IMG/VR virus record: IMGVR_UViG_3300012953_000133
Span: 1-30,427 of that record
Direction: 5' to 3' (one strand)
From: a virus
Taxonomy: Duplodnaviria > Caudoviricetes
DNA: 30,427 bases
The translations under genes were made by a program, and so were the position numbers. The notes beneath the pieces were generated by a model. That model ran no database searches. It worked only from the letters and a program-made list of their open reading frames with translations, and was not told where the DNA came from. Of this stretch, positions 9,201 to 19,200 are shown one piece after another (positions within the stretch are counted from its first letter, which is position 1; each line of letters starts with the position of its first letter).

Positions 9201-12200
9201 AGAGTCTGTGTCATAAGATAAATTATCAATATCTCCTCCCCATACAGCATTTTCAGCTGGTGGATATCCAGCTGGTAGAACTATAAGACCACTAGCATTA
9301 CCATATTCATCAGTTGTTACAGAACCATTGAATGCTGACAATGAGTTTCCTGCGATACCTGTATATCTAAGATCAGGATTCACCCAACGACTAATATCTC
9401 TACCTTCCAAGAATACATAGATTCTTGTGTTTGGTTTCATTCTTCCAACATTAAATTTGATAGGAACACTTCTAGCAAATAGTGATAATGATGTTGATAC
9501 TAAATTACCATTTACAGTTTTGGTTTGCACACCTTTTCCAACTTCATTATTTTGTGGACTGATGTTAGATGTGCTACCAACTGACGCACTTTGTACAGAT
9601 GTATTAGCAATCTGTGAGTTTACACCACCAAGAGAATTGATACTTGTGAATGATGATGAAGCACCCACCCAGTTTACAATAAATGAGTTGTGAATACTTG
9701 AGAAACTTTCTTTTACATTTTCTTTTGCTAAGAAAATATTGAACAAATCTGTATTTGTGTCTACAACAACTGGTTCAATAGATTGATCATACCACTGATC
9801 TACAGATGGAGATACATGACTATCTCCAACATATTGTAATACAACAAATGGATTTGGATTTAGTGTAGAAGAAGCAAAATCATTTCCTAGTAAAGATAAA
9901 GATTGATATGGTAGAGTGATCATGTGTCCTGATTTATTATATCCAGATACTGCCCTTTGATCATTTCTAGTATTAACTTCTACAAGATGAAGGGAATCTT
10001 CCTTAGATTGTGGACGTAATACTGATTGTTGTGGATCTACAGCACACCTATAATCAAGAGATCTAAGATTACCAACTTTATGTGCTTCAAAATTATCTAC
10101 AAAGAAACCAGACTTAAATCTATCAAGACCAATCTCATCTTTAACTTGCATGTTAAGTGCTTGCTGCTCTAGTATGCTAAGTGTTGTATAGTATTCTAAT
10201 CTTTCAATACGTTTCTCTAACTTACCGATATCACGCATTGTATAACGACGATTATCAACTGGGGTAAGTCTTACATCCTTACTTGTCTTTGTAAACGCAG
10301 GAATATAAGCATAGAATAATGGAACTGCATCTTCTATTGGATCTGGTTTAGTTGGGTTAAGAGATGAATTACCTTCTTTAACTAGAAACTGACCTTTCTT
10401 ATCTAAGAAAATACCATCAATACGATCTAGATATTGCTTTTGACTGAATGAGAATGTGTATTCTAAGTTTGTATCAGGAGCAGGGGTACTAGAAACTACA
10501 GCACCAGCACCAGCAAAAGGACTATCTGTGACTTCTAATAATGATTTGTTTAAGAAACCTGGTATAATAGCAGTGCTATCTACTTTTGGTCTAAAATCAA
10601 TTACATTTTTAAGTTCTACTATTCCTAATACAGAGGAATTAAAGTCTGGAATTTCATCTTCTGGAACTCCAGCATCATGTAAGTAACTGTCTATAGTAAC
10701 AAAGTCACCCTGTGAATGTTCAAAGTAATCAAATGCAATAACAAGTTGACCTGTAGTTTCTTCAAAACCAGGTTTTAAAACTATTCTAGAAACATCATAT
10801 ATTGTATCTCTTTGTCCATTATCAAATGTATATCTAGATGATACATCAGTGCCAGAAATTAAATTACCAGCAGTGTCTATCTCAGGAGGTTGTGATGATG
10901 TTCCTTCGTAAACATACCTTAATTTGTATGCGTCAGAGTATGATAATATTTCTACTGCTTCACTATCATAATCTGTTCCTCTCAATGGAACTATACGATC
11001 ACCAGCAGATGTAACTGTAATTCTCTTATTCTTAACTGCAGTCTTAAGTCTTGGTTTTGCATTAGATACTTCTAATGTTGCAGTTAATTTAAGTTTAGGG
11101 AAAGCACCATTAGTTGCAATAGTTCCAAAATAATTTAATGGTAACTGTAAACTAATACTACCAGATGTCAAACCACTTGCAGTATCTGTAGATGAAGTAA
11201 TCTCTACATCATCAGACTCAACATAAATGATATCACCTTTCACAATATCAGGTGCATCACCAGGATCTAATATTGTAATTATAAAGTTCTCTTCACGATA
11301 TGCAGCAAATCTTTGTGTACCAAATGGTAACTGTGCAGCAAATGTAATTATACCACCAGAACTAGATGCAGTGGTTACAAAATCTCTACGGAAGTAGTAT
11401 TTGATCTTAGTATTATCTCCACCAGCAGATATTTGAGATATTTGTTTACTACCAGTTGTGTATAGTAGTGTGCCACTTGTAGAATTGTCTACCTTTGGAC
11501 GTAACCTTACGATACTAGCATTAGTAACTGAACCTGGCAGAGCTGTATCTAGATATATCCTAGACTTATATGCTCCTTGTTGTACTGTTGCATATTGAAC
11601 TATTGCTCTAACAAGATTATTATTATCATCTGAGAATTGTATAAGATCTCCTTGCTGTACAACAGTAGAAGCATTTGCACTGAAACTTGTTGATTCAATA
11701 AACAATGATCCTTGTGCACCAAAGAATGTATAGTCAGTTACAGTTTTAATTTCAGAATACTTTTGACTATCTACAACAACGTCTGCTGTAAATACATTCT
11801 CATTTCCTGCACCATATGTACCACCAATAGATTTAACATTCTGTGGTGTATATGTAGTGACTGTATTTCTGAATAGACAAGGTACAACTGAAGATACAGA
11901 ATTAGGTGCTCCAGCAGAGTCTGGATTTTTTACGGTTACTGATGGTGGTTGAGCATACTCAATACCTACAGCAGATCTATTTGCAATTGCTGCTTTATAA
12001 ATTTTACCATCTGTAGTTCTAGATAATGCAATTTTAGAACTATCATATTCTAACCCATTGATTAATAAAGTAGCACCATCTGCATATCCTAGTCCTCTGT
12101 TTGGAATAACAAAATGAGATATTGTATTTTCAGTTGCAATTCTTACAGTATTTCCTGCTTCGTCTTGTATTGTTTCTCCAGATAAAAATTTACCAGATAA

Positions 12201-14333
12201 TGTCTTTAAAAATAAAATTTTACCAGTAGAATATACACCAGTTGATGAACCTTCTACAACACCATATGCTTTACTGTTGATACCAAATACATAACTACCT
12301 TCATCAAATGGATTAGTTCCTGTAGGAGCATTTTCTAAAATAATTTTAGTAAAGAATTGTGGATCAAAATAAGAATAACCAAATGTTGTATTGTAAGTAG
12401 ATGTTCCTGCTGCTAGACGACCTTTTGATAACACTACATCAGAGTCTGGATTAAATCCACTTCCTCTTTCTTTTACTATAAAATTGCTAGGTTTTGTTTT
12501 ACCAATTACAGGTGTAATAGTATCAGAATAATCTACAATAAATCCAAATTCTGAATCTGTAGCTGCTGCAGCTGCATTTGCTTCTGTTAAATATATTTTT
12601 CTCTTAAACTCAGTATCTGCTAAATCATATTCTAATAGTAATGCCTCTAACTCATTTTTAGGACCGTATATTGTAAGTTCTAAAAATTGAACAGATGTTG
12701 ATGGATTGATAAGTGGTTTGTTTGTTGTCGCAAATGATAAAGTTTTAAATGATCCAACAGCTGTTGGTGCACCACCATCAGCTCTTGTCTTGATATAATA
12801 TAAAGTTCCAAATGTTGTTTGGAATGTTGCATCTGTTACAGCACCTATAAGAGTTGTAGGATTTGTTATCTGAAGTGTTATGGTTTTAATACCATCATCA
12901 GATGTAAATACTTTTCCTCTTCTATCAATTGTTTGTCTATGATCTGTGGATAATTCTGTATTGTTTAATCCAACAGAACCATCATTAAATGTATTATATA
13001 AAAATATATCAGGATATGCAGTAAGATCAGAACCTTCTTTGTTTAGAGGAACACTACCAAATACATTATTAATACTATATGTTGGTAAACCTCTAGACTT
13101 TAGATTTATATTATCACTAGTAAGACTTTCTCTTGCTTTATTAAGTTCAAGATACTTTGTTTCCTTGTTGACAATTTCATAACCTTTAATATATGCCTTA
13201 CCAGGACCTATACTAGCAATCATCTTTCTAGATGCGTCACCAGCATTATATCCATTGTATAGTCCAAACTCATCAGCACCAAAGATACCTCTGTTACCAT
13301 CTTTCTGTGCTAACTCTCTTACATCAATATCAAAGTTTTCTACAACATAATCACCAGACTCATCAAATGTTCTACGAGCAAGTGTTTGTTCTAATACACT
13401 AAAGTCTGTAGTGGATACTTTACTTTGTACAAGTCCTCTGGATACAGTGAGAAGTTGTATAAAATTCTTATCGGTAATTGCACCAAGTACAAATTCTTTT
13501 AATGAAAGAGATATCTTTAATCTATTTGCACCAGGTGCAGTATAGTTTGCAGATCCTATTGAATTGTCATATAAACTTGCATCTTCTTCTGGTGTTACAA
13601 TCTCTTCTTTGATGATAAAACCAATTTTTGCAGATGGTTTATTGTAATATTCATCAATAACTAAAAGTTCTTCATCATTTCTTACAAAATATCCATTAAC
13701 AAAATAGATACCTTCTTCTACCTTGACAGCAGAACCAAATCCCATTGCAGGACTTTCTAAAGATGTTACTTCTCCAGTATCAGGATTAGTAATAGAAATA
13801 CTAGTAGGAAGTACACTCCCATCAGTTCCAACTACAAGTAAAGGAGTATTTACACCATCAACAACTTCTAGAGTCTCACCTTGTCTAAAAGTAGTCTCAG
13901 TATTAGACGAACCACTGTTAATATAGTTAACAAATAATGTATCTGCAGATGTTTCTGTTGATAACTTAGTTGCAAGAATAGTTGCCTTAACACCAGAAGT
14001 CAATCCCTGTAGTTGTTGCCCAATCAACTGAGAGATGTCATACTTTTTATATACAATATCGTCACCTTCTGATACTGCAACCTCAGATACTGAGGATAAT
14101 TTTACATAATCTAATTTTGTATTTAATCCTACTTCACCAGGTATTACTAATTCTCCCTGTTTGAAAGCATATTTACCAAAACTTTCAACCTGATTCTGAA
14201 GAATAGATTGTACTTGTGTTAATTCTCTGCCTTGTATAGAAAATCCTGGACGAAATAGAATTTTATAAAAATTCTTATTCGCATCAAAATCTTCGTAGTA
14301 TGGGCTTACATTAAGATTCGTCTTTTGAGGCAT
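6231..14333 (-). CDS. DUF4815 / VrlC-like large virion structural protein (2700 aa)
   Basis: Recognisable N-terminus NLNVSPYYEDFD..KNFYKILFRPG..IQGRELTQVQSILQNQVE plus LARRTFDESGDY, YTMRDIGKLEKRIERLEYYTTLS, RFKSGFFVDNF and PLAQTF motifs; usual position after gp8; GGAG SD. Confidence 0.9.
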   Translation of the reverse strand: MPQKTNLNVSPYYEDFDANKNFYKILFRPGFSIQGRELTQVQSILQNQVESFGKYAFKQGELVIPGEVGLNTKLDYVKLSSVSEVAVSEGDDIVYKKYDISQLIGQQLQGLTSGVKATILATKLSTETSADTLFVNYINSGSSNTETTFRQGETLEVVDGVNTPLLVVGTDGSVLPTSISITNPDTGEVTSLESPAMGFGSAVKVEEGIYFVNGYFVRNDEELLVIDEYYNKPSAKIGFIIKEEIVTPEEDASLYDNSIGSANYTAPGANRLKISLSLKEFVLGAITDKNFIQLLTVSRGLVQSKVSTTDFSVLEQTLARRTFDESGDYVVENFDIDVRELAQKDGNRGIFGADEFGLYNGYNAGDASRKMIASIGPGKAYIKGYEIVNKETKYLELNKARESLTSDNINLKSRGLPTYSINNVFGSVPLNKEGSDLTAYPDIFLYNTFNDGSVGLNNTELSTDHRQTIDRRGKVFTSDDGIKTITLQITNPTTLIGAVTDATFQTTFGTLYYIKTRADGGAPTAVGSFKTLSFATTNKPLINPSTSVQFLELTIYGPKNELEALLLEYDLADTEFKRKIYLTEANAAAAATDSEFGFIVDYSDTITPVIGKTKPSNFIVKERGSGFNPDSDVVLSKGRLAAGTSTYNTTFGYSYFDPQFFTKIILENAPTGTNPFDEGSYVFGINSKAYGVVEGSSTGVYSTGKILFLKTLSGKFLSGETIQDEAGNTVRIATENTISHFVIPNRGLGYADGATLLINGLEYDSSKIALSRTTDGKIYKAAIANRSAVGIEYAQPPSVTVKNPDSAGAPNSVSSVVPCLFRNTVTTYTPQNVKSIGGTYGAGNENVFTADVVVDSQKYSEIKTVTDYTFFGAQGSLFIESTSFSANASTVVQQGDLIQFSDDNNNLVRAIVQYATVQQGAYKSRIYLDTALPGSVTNASIVRLRPKVDNSTSGTLLYTTGSKQISQISAGGDNTKIKYYFRRDFVTTASSSGGIITFAAQLPFGTQRFAAYREENFIITILDPGDAPDIVKGDIIYVESDDVEITSSTDTASGLTSGSISLQLPLNYFGTIATNGAFPKLKLTATLEVSNAKPRLKTAVKNKRITVTSAGDRIVPLRGTDYDSEAVEILSYSDAYKLRYVYEGTSSQPPEIDTAGNLISGTDVSSRYTFDNGQRDTIYDVSRIVLKPGFEETTGQLVIAFDYFEHSQGDFVTIDSYLHDAGVPEDEIPDFNSSVLGIVELKNVIDFRPKVDSTAIIPGFLNKSLLEVTDSPFAGAGAVVSSTPAPDTNLEYTFSFSQKQYLDRIDGIFLDKKGQFLVKEGNSSLNPTKPDPIEDAVPLFYAYIPAFTKTSKDVRLTPVDNRRYTMRDIGKLEKRIERLEYYTTLSILEQQALNMQVKDEIGLDRFKSGFFVDNFEAHKVGNLRSLDYRCAVDPQQSVLRPQSKEDSLHLVEVNTRNDQRAVSGYNKSGHMITLPYQSLSLLGNDFASSTLNPNPFVVLQYVGDSHVSPSVDQWYDQSIEPVVVDTNTDLFNIFLAKENVKESFSSIHNSFIVNWVGASSSFTSINSLGGVNSQIANTSVQSASVGSTSNISPQNNEVGKGVQTKTVNGNLVSTSLSLFARSVPIKFNVGRMKPNTRIYVFLEGRDISRWVNPDLRYTGIAGNSLSAFNGSVTTDEYGNASGLIVLPAGYPPAENAVWGGDIDNLSYDTDSEQITLTTGTLTFRFTSSSTNEAKGEVDSYTEVKYYATGILPQNPDSIISTKPAIFKSNEGVQLIESNTDNPVRPNPLAQTFKVENFDGGVFVTGLDLFFSKKSTNIPIKTYITNVDAEKPGKSIVPGSEKTLSPNTFLKCFASGNMSILKGETVTGNSSAASGPILQVFDKNNVELVASASGRYSLTNEQVYTVVLSNHNGRSFVQNEGLAIPSVTLANATGGTDFVLTVAKDSGKLSNLRITNTGLNYDSAILTIESPQLPGGSTATASIEVSGGKIYNAEVSLSGFGYTEAPSVVVKGVGNGAGGCEIQTFIEIDTPAVRMGVAVDTEGVTNSTIPTNFMFDYPVYLQNDTEYALVIETDSIDYKLWSSKLGETDISTSTVITTQPSLGSVYRSQNTESWTEDIFEDLKFTLYRAEFDITRPAELILKNGSTGYELLDSNPFETNASANTNSTSKFFKNNNSIVKVNHRDHGFEDSGKSYVFYKNALETGGITQSILNSTLFEVTNSGIDTYNITSSSQSASNAIGGGDVVYASYNRKYETLYPQIHYLTFTGTKLETSVKTIDVVPVDSTTTNYTSYSTSDYEKTFLNEPHYFTNQKFVASKINETLNSLTESLTYKMLLSSTKSYLSPIIDLSSATVKTSSNRIENATGQESRYGRKDQIIEFYPVYTFQLAGNGGTQIQADQSIVGSTTKTTGTIARVNGNVVYVRVKTSQFFQKGETVTLGNQSSLTTVVVDSNPSQVFFSINQASTIVARNPSIILETYDNIITGKTTIWNSQTQQLTLKVDVKPINDDFTSRIIDNVLYNRNSVTTDQIDDIFRVGDFVKYPNQPDDEASYLEVGSVTYENGIDFVSEDTSKNSSSISKYVTKEVSIQSPASAIDVHLLANVKDIGNLQVLYRFKKASSQENFEDIDWEYFNEDGSPDTFEIATSENSISSIVEKQSSYQDLKYSIADLPEFSSFAVKVIMRGVDPSFVPKIQDIRAVASF

Positions 14334-14336
14334 TGT

Positions 14337-14380
14337 ACTCCGCCAATATATCTAGTTCTCGTCATATTATTTAGCGAAGT
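14337..14380 (-). promoter_or_regulatory. Leader stem-loop that can sequester the Shine-Dalgarno of the DUF4815 gene
   Basis: mRNA ACUUCGCUAA (14380..14371) pairs with UUGGCGGAGU (14346..14337): 10 bp with 2 G-U; the 3' arm contains GGAG. Confidence 0.6.
14368..14374 (-). promoter_or_regulatory. T4-type late promoter (CTAAATA)
   Basis: GCTAAATA in the 56-nt gap between gp8 and the DUF4815 gene. Confidence 0.75.
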
Positions 14381-14389
14381 TTTCCAATA

Positions 14390-16204
14390 TTAGAATTCAA
14401 TTACTAACTTGATATCTTCTATCTGATCAGGTGCACGAGTAATTAGTCTTCTGTTTTCAACATAGATGACATCACCTGAGTTATTTTCAACTTCTGGAGC
14501 AGCAAGTCCACTAGAGAATGTAACTCCTAATAATGCAGACCCATAAGAAGTATTTACGTTACCAGATGCAGTTGATTCTTCACCAGTAATTGCATTAGAA
14601 CCATTTGATTCAAATGCTCTGACAATACCTTGATCAGTATGAGAATCATTTGTTTGGATATACTTAAGAACTCCAGCAGTTGTAGAACCACTATCTAATG
14701 TCCATGATACAACTGTACCATATGCAGTACCACCAGTTACAGTCTGAGTAATTTTCTCGTCAACAGAGTAATCTGCAGAAGCACCAGTTATCTTGACTGC
14801 TTTTAATCCAGATAATGTATCAGCAGTTGAGAATGTAGTTGTTCCCCAGTTGTATGGATCAGCAATGATACCAATACGACGGAAGTCGTTATCTACAGGG
14901 AAGTCTCCAGAACCCTCTGAATATGTAAGACGAATGTTAGTCATAACACGCTTACCATTTAGTTCTGTCTCATGATCAGAACCATGTCCACCTTCTGGTG
15001 GAAGAATTATTTTAATAGATCCTACAGCAGATGCACCTGTTGTTACAGCAGATGATAATCCTGCGTTAGAGTATAGATTACCATTTGTAAATAATACGTT
15101 ACCATATGTGTAACCTGATCCTCGTGCTTGAATTTCAGCAGATGTGATTGTACCAGAACCGTTTGTAACAAATTTTACAATACCGTTTGATCCATCACCT
15201 TTAATACTTGTGTATAGAGTCTGTGATGCAGGAAGTCCACTTCCAGCGTCCTCAATAAGAGCAACATCACATGCTCCAGCAGTTGCCAATCCAGTAACAG
15301 TTGTTCTAGAAGCGTTAGCAGGAAGAACGATTGGCATAAAGTCTGATGATAAGAACTTAAGAACATCATCAGTAGGAATAGTATACATGTACTTCCAGAT
15401 GTATCCTGCACCAGATGACTCTGTATAAAGACCAGTTGCAGAATCATAGTTACCACCAGCTACGGTTGGTTCCTCTGTTGCGTTCTGTCCAGTAGTGTTA
15501 GATGGATTCTCTCCATTATAAAGACACTTAAATACTTCGTATGCAGAGTTCATTACATAGAACTTAGCATCTGCAATAGATGCAGCACCAGTTGCTGTTT
15601 GTCTACCTATTTGACCACCGCCACCAGGTGTAGCAGAATATCCAGGTTTCCACATGTCGTACTTAGGGTTAGCAACTAGATCCCAATTGTAACGACGAAT
15701 GACTGTTCTAGCAAAAGAACTAGTGATACGCTTAGCTGCAATAAGCTCATCATATAAGGCAACTTTCTCATCTTGGTTATCAAGTGGTAGAGGTGGAACA
15801 TCCTCTGTAGCATAACGATAAATTCCAGATTTAGCTGTGGCACCTGTGTCAGAACCTCCAGAACCTCCAGTTCTACCTTTAAGAGAAGAACCTAGAGCAG
15901 GAGCAGAGTTAACACCAGCACTTCCAAAGACGTCGGTTAATAAAAGGGCACTGTCATAAACTTTAGAAATAGTGGCACGGAAACTCGTAGATCCATATGT
16001 CCCTACATAGACCTCATCCCCTACACTAAATGCAGTTGCATTTTTTGCGTAAATTTCTAAATATGCTTTCCACGGTTGTGGTCTTCCCACGAAGAAGTAC
16101 ATCCTAGATCTATCTGCACTGGTGTCCGTTGCACCCTCAGAAAGTGATTCTAGAAATTGTTTAGCATTGAAAATCCTAAACTTATCAGATATAATAGCAG
16201 CCAT
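14390..16204 (-). CDS. gp8: Baseplate wedge subunit gp8 (604 aa)
   Basis: MAAIISDKFRIFNAKQF start, YFFVGRPQPW, FYVMNS.YEVFKCLYN, GYIWKYMYTI, FRRIGII.DP and C-terminal SGDVIYVENR..ITRA.DQ.EDIKLVIEF; follows gp7. Confidence 0.9.
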   Translation of the reverse strand: MAAIISDKFRIFNAKQFLESLSEGATDTSADRSRMYFFVGRPQPWKAYLEIYAKNATAFSVGDEVYVGTYGSTSFRATISKVYDSALLLTDVFGSAGVNSAPALGSSLKGRTGGSGGSDTGATAKSGIYRYATEDVPPLPLDNQDEKVALYDELIAAKRITSSFARTVIRRYNWDLVANPKYDMWKPGYSATPGGGGQIGRQTATGAASIADAKFYVMNSAYEVFKCLYNGENPSNTTGQNATEEPTVAGGNYDSATGLYTESSGAGYIWKYMYTIPTDDVLKFLSSDFMPIVLPANASRTTVTGLATAGACDVALIEDAGSGLPASQTLYTSIKGDGSNGIVKFVTNGSGTITSAEIQARGSGYTYGNVLFTNGNLYSNAGLSSAVTTGASAVGSIKIILPPEGGHGSDHETELNGKRVMTNIRLTYSEGSGDFPVDNDFRRIGIIADPYNWGTTTFSTADTLSGLKAVKITGASADYSVDEKITQTVTGGTAYGTVVSWTLDSGSTTAGVLKYIQTNDSHTDQGIVRAFESNGSNAITGEESTASGNVNTSYGSALLGVTFSSGLAAPEVENNSGDVIYVENRRLITRAPDQIEDIKLVIEF

Positions 16205-16243
16205 TGTTTTCCTGTTCCGACGTAAATTAAAAGTGTGCCTGAG

Positions 16244-16269
16244 TTATTTATACGATTATTTATACGATT
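16244..16269 (-). promoter_or_regulatory. Two tandem perfect T4 late promoters (TATAAATA x2) within a 12-bp direct repeat
   Basis: Plus strand ttatttatacga x2 (16244..16255, 16256..16267); TATAAATA at 16264..16257 (contains the gp7 stop) and 16252..16245. Confidence 0.85.
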
Positions 16270-19200
16270 GTTGTAGGTACTATCTCAGATCCAGACGCAA
16301 TCTGATTACTACCATTATGTAATGTACACCCAGTGAAACTGTTTGCAGTCTTACCAGTGTATTTTACAATACCAGTAAATGTTCCATTACTATGGAAAAT
16401 ATATCCTGATGTTGGGAAGTAATTTGTACTTCCAACTGTTATTGTACTTGGTATTGGTGAACCAGCAGTAACACTAAATGCTACAGGATTTTGTATTGAT
16501 GGAGGTGCTAAGTTAAACTTAGTTCCAGAAAGAAGATAACTAGAATCACCTCTTCTTGTAAAGTCTCCTATTGTCAAATCAGCAAAGTATCTGCTAACAT
16601 CTCCAATACTAATTCCAGAAACATCAGAAGATCCATCTTCAAATATTCCATCAAAGTGACTTACATTATGACCTACGTTTGTAGCAATGTAATTTCCTTG
16701 ATATTGTATGTCTCTGCCAAATACAGAGTTAACAATTAATACTTCTGTAGACAATCTTCTGGCAACATGATATCCACCATTAATTTCAATCAAGTCTACA
16801 GATCCATCATGTCCACCTGTAGTGTTACCAGCCCTAACTGGAACTGGGTCTACTAAGAATATTGTTTCTTGATATTGATCAATTGCACCACTTGGAGGTG
16901 GTATGAGTGTAACTTGAGTTTCTCTCTGTGCTACAGAGAAATCACCAGATATAATCTGTCTTTGTTGAACTCTTTCTAATGCAGAAATTCCTGCAGCAGG
17001 AGCACTAACCATACTTACATCACTCTCAGACTGAATCTGTAGTAATCCAGCAGCAACAACTGTTACATCTTCAATCTGTCTGAGATAAGTTCCAGCAACC
17101 CAATCTCGTTCTGGTGTTCCTTGATATCCTCTAATAATTTGATAGAATCTATCATCAAGTTTCTTCTCATAATATATGAGTTCATCACCAATCAATAATC
17201 TACCTTGACCAGCAAACTTAGATGTGTCAGCAATGTAAGCAATAACATCACCAATGAAGAAGTCAAGATCCAATACAGCAGCATTCTCAAAGAAGTTGAC
17301 ATTACTAATCGCATTGTTAGGAATATCAATTTGTGTAGTTGCTGTGATTGCCTTAGAAACAGTAGATATAGAATTGAGAGATACAATATCTTGAACCTCT
17401 GCAGAAACAACAGTTGCTTCATAAGAAGGACCTTCAAATACTTGTACATCAGCAGCTGCAGTTGGTCTATTTGTAAAGATCTCTAAGAAATCTCTTTCTG
17501 GATCTAACTGTCCACCAATAGAGAATACTTCTATCTCATCAGGAAATAAATCTCTTTCAAGTACTATTTCAGCATCTGCTCCTATCTTAACATCTAAAGA
17601 ACTAATACCAGAAACATTAGTTACTCCAGCAGCACTAATTTCATTGATAACTGATGAGGAAGTCATCCCACCACTTTGTACAGATGTTTGAAGTCCTATG
17701 TTTATTAAAGATACACCAATATCTCTTTCAGTAAGAATATCAAATCTTCTTGTTGTAACTACTTTTGGTGCAACTGTATATCCAGATCCACCATCAATAA
17801 GATCAACACTAATTACTTGTCCTTTACTGACTAGTACATTTGCTCTAGCACCACCACCTGTGCTATCGTTAGGTATGAATTTTAATACTGGAGGTGTAAA
17901 GTATTGATATGCAGTTGGTTGTGTAACAGGATCATAGTTTCTTTGGTTCCATGTTAATGATACAACTGATCCATTCTCTACCTTAGCAACTACTGATAGA
18001 CCCTCTCCTCTCGTGATTCCAGTATAAGTCTCAATTGAGACTGCACCAAATATATCATCTGTTAACTGCTCTGATGGTCTACCATCTTTACTGGTTGCTG
18101 TTTGTGGTAATTCTTTTACTTTTCTAAATCCTTCTTCACCTTCTACTCTAATCTTATCTTCCTTAGAAAGATAAACAAATGGTGGTTTGTATGTTCTACC
18201 AATACTAGTTCCTGCCCAGATAGCATTATTATCTTTTAGAAGTTTTCTTCCATCAGAATCTGCATTGTAGTTCAATAATTCATTTGATATATCTGCATCT
18301 GCAATTGTAAATGTTCTACTATAATAACCTCTAGGAGCAAATACAAAATCCAATCCAGATTCTATAGAACCATTCTGACCTCTAATCTCAAATGTTACTG
18401 TGCTACCACTTGATGTTGCATTACTCAATGCTCCAATAATATTTAAAGTTCCATTTGCTCTGACTTGCCATACATGAATAGGTGCACCAAGAGCATCTCC
18501 CATCCAAGTGTATCCCAAGAGATTTGTCATGGTTGTCGCATCTGTATCAAATGAGAATGTACCAGTAGCAAAGTAGGTGTCAGGTGCAAAATCATATATG
18601 TTCAATATCTGTCCAACATCTCTACCATAGAGATATCTCATGTCAATTTGCATCTCTGGTTTGATAGATGTAGCAAATGTAATGTTAGGACCTGATACAG
18701 TATACGCCTTTCCGTTTACTTGTAACACACCATCTAAGAATACATAAAGATTATCTTCAGATTCTATACTCTGTACAGTAAGATCTTCTACATCAAGAAT
18801 TAAGAAAGGTCCGTTTCTAACTCCATCAACTAAGTCTTTATCAATAGTCAATCTCTTATAATTACCAACACCTATGCCAGTTACTTTCTCTACAGCAGTT
18901 GGTTCACCAATAGTCTTAGCACCTAAATCTTGATCCCATATTGGAGGAACATCAAATTTAATAATATTAGGAATTACAGTTCTGTCTATAAGATAAGCAT
19001 CTTGTAATGGATAATTTTCTGTAAACTTAGGTCTCTGTATTACAGCATTTAGACTTAAGAATAAGTTTTCATCTTTTTCTGTATCTACTTCTGTATTGTC
19101 ATCCCAATACAATTCAAAGTCTGTAGTTTCGCCATCAATATAATCTGGCAAAGATTTAGTTACTGTTTTCTCACTTATTATATCACTTAAATTATCATGT

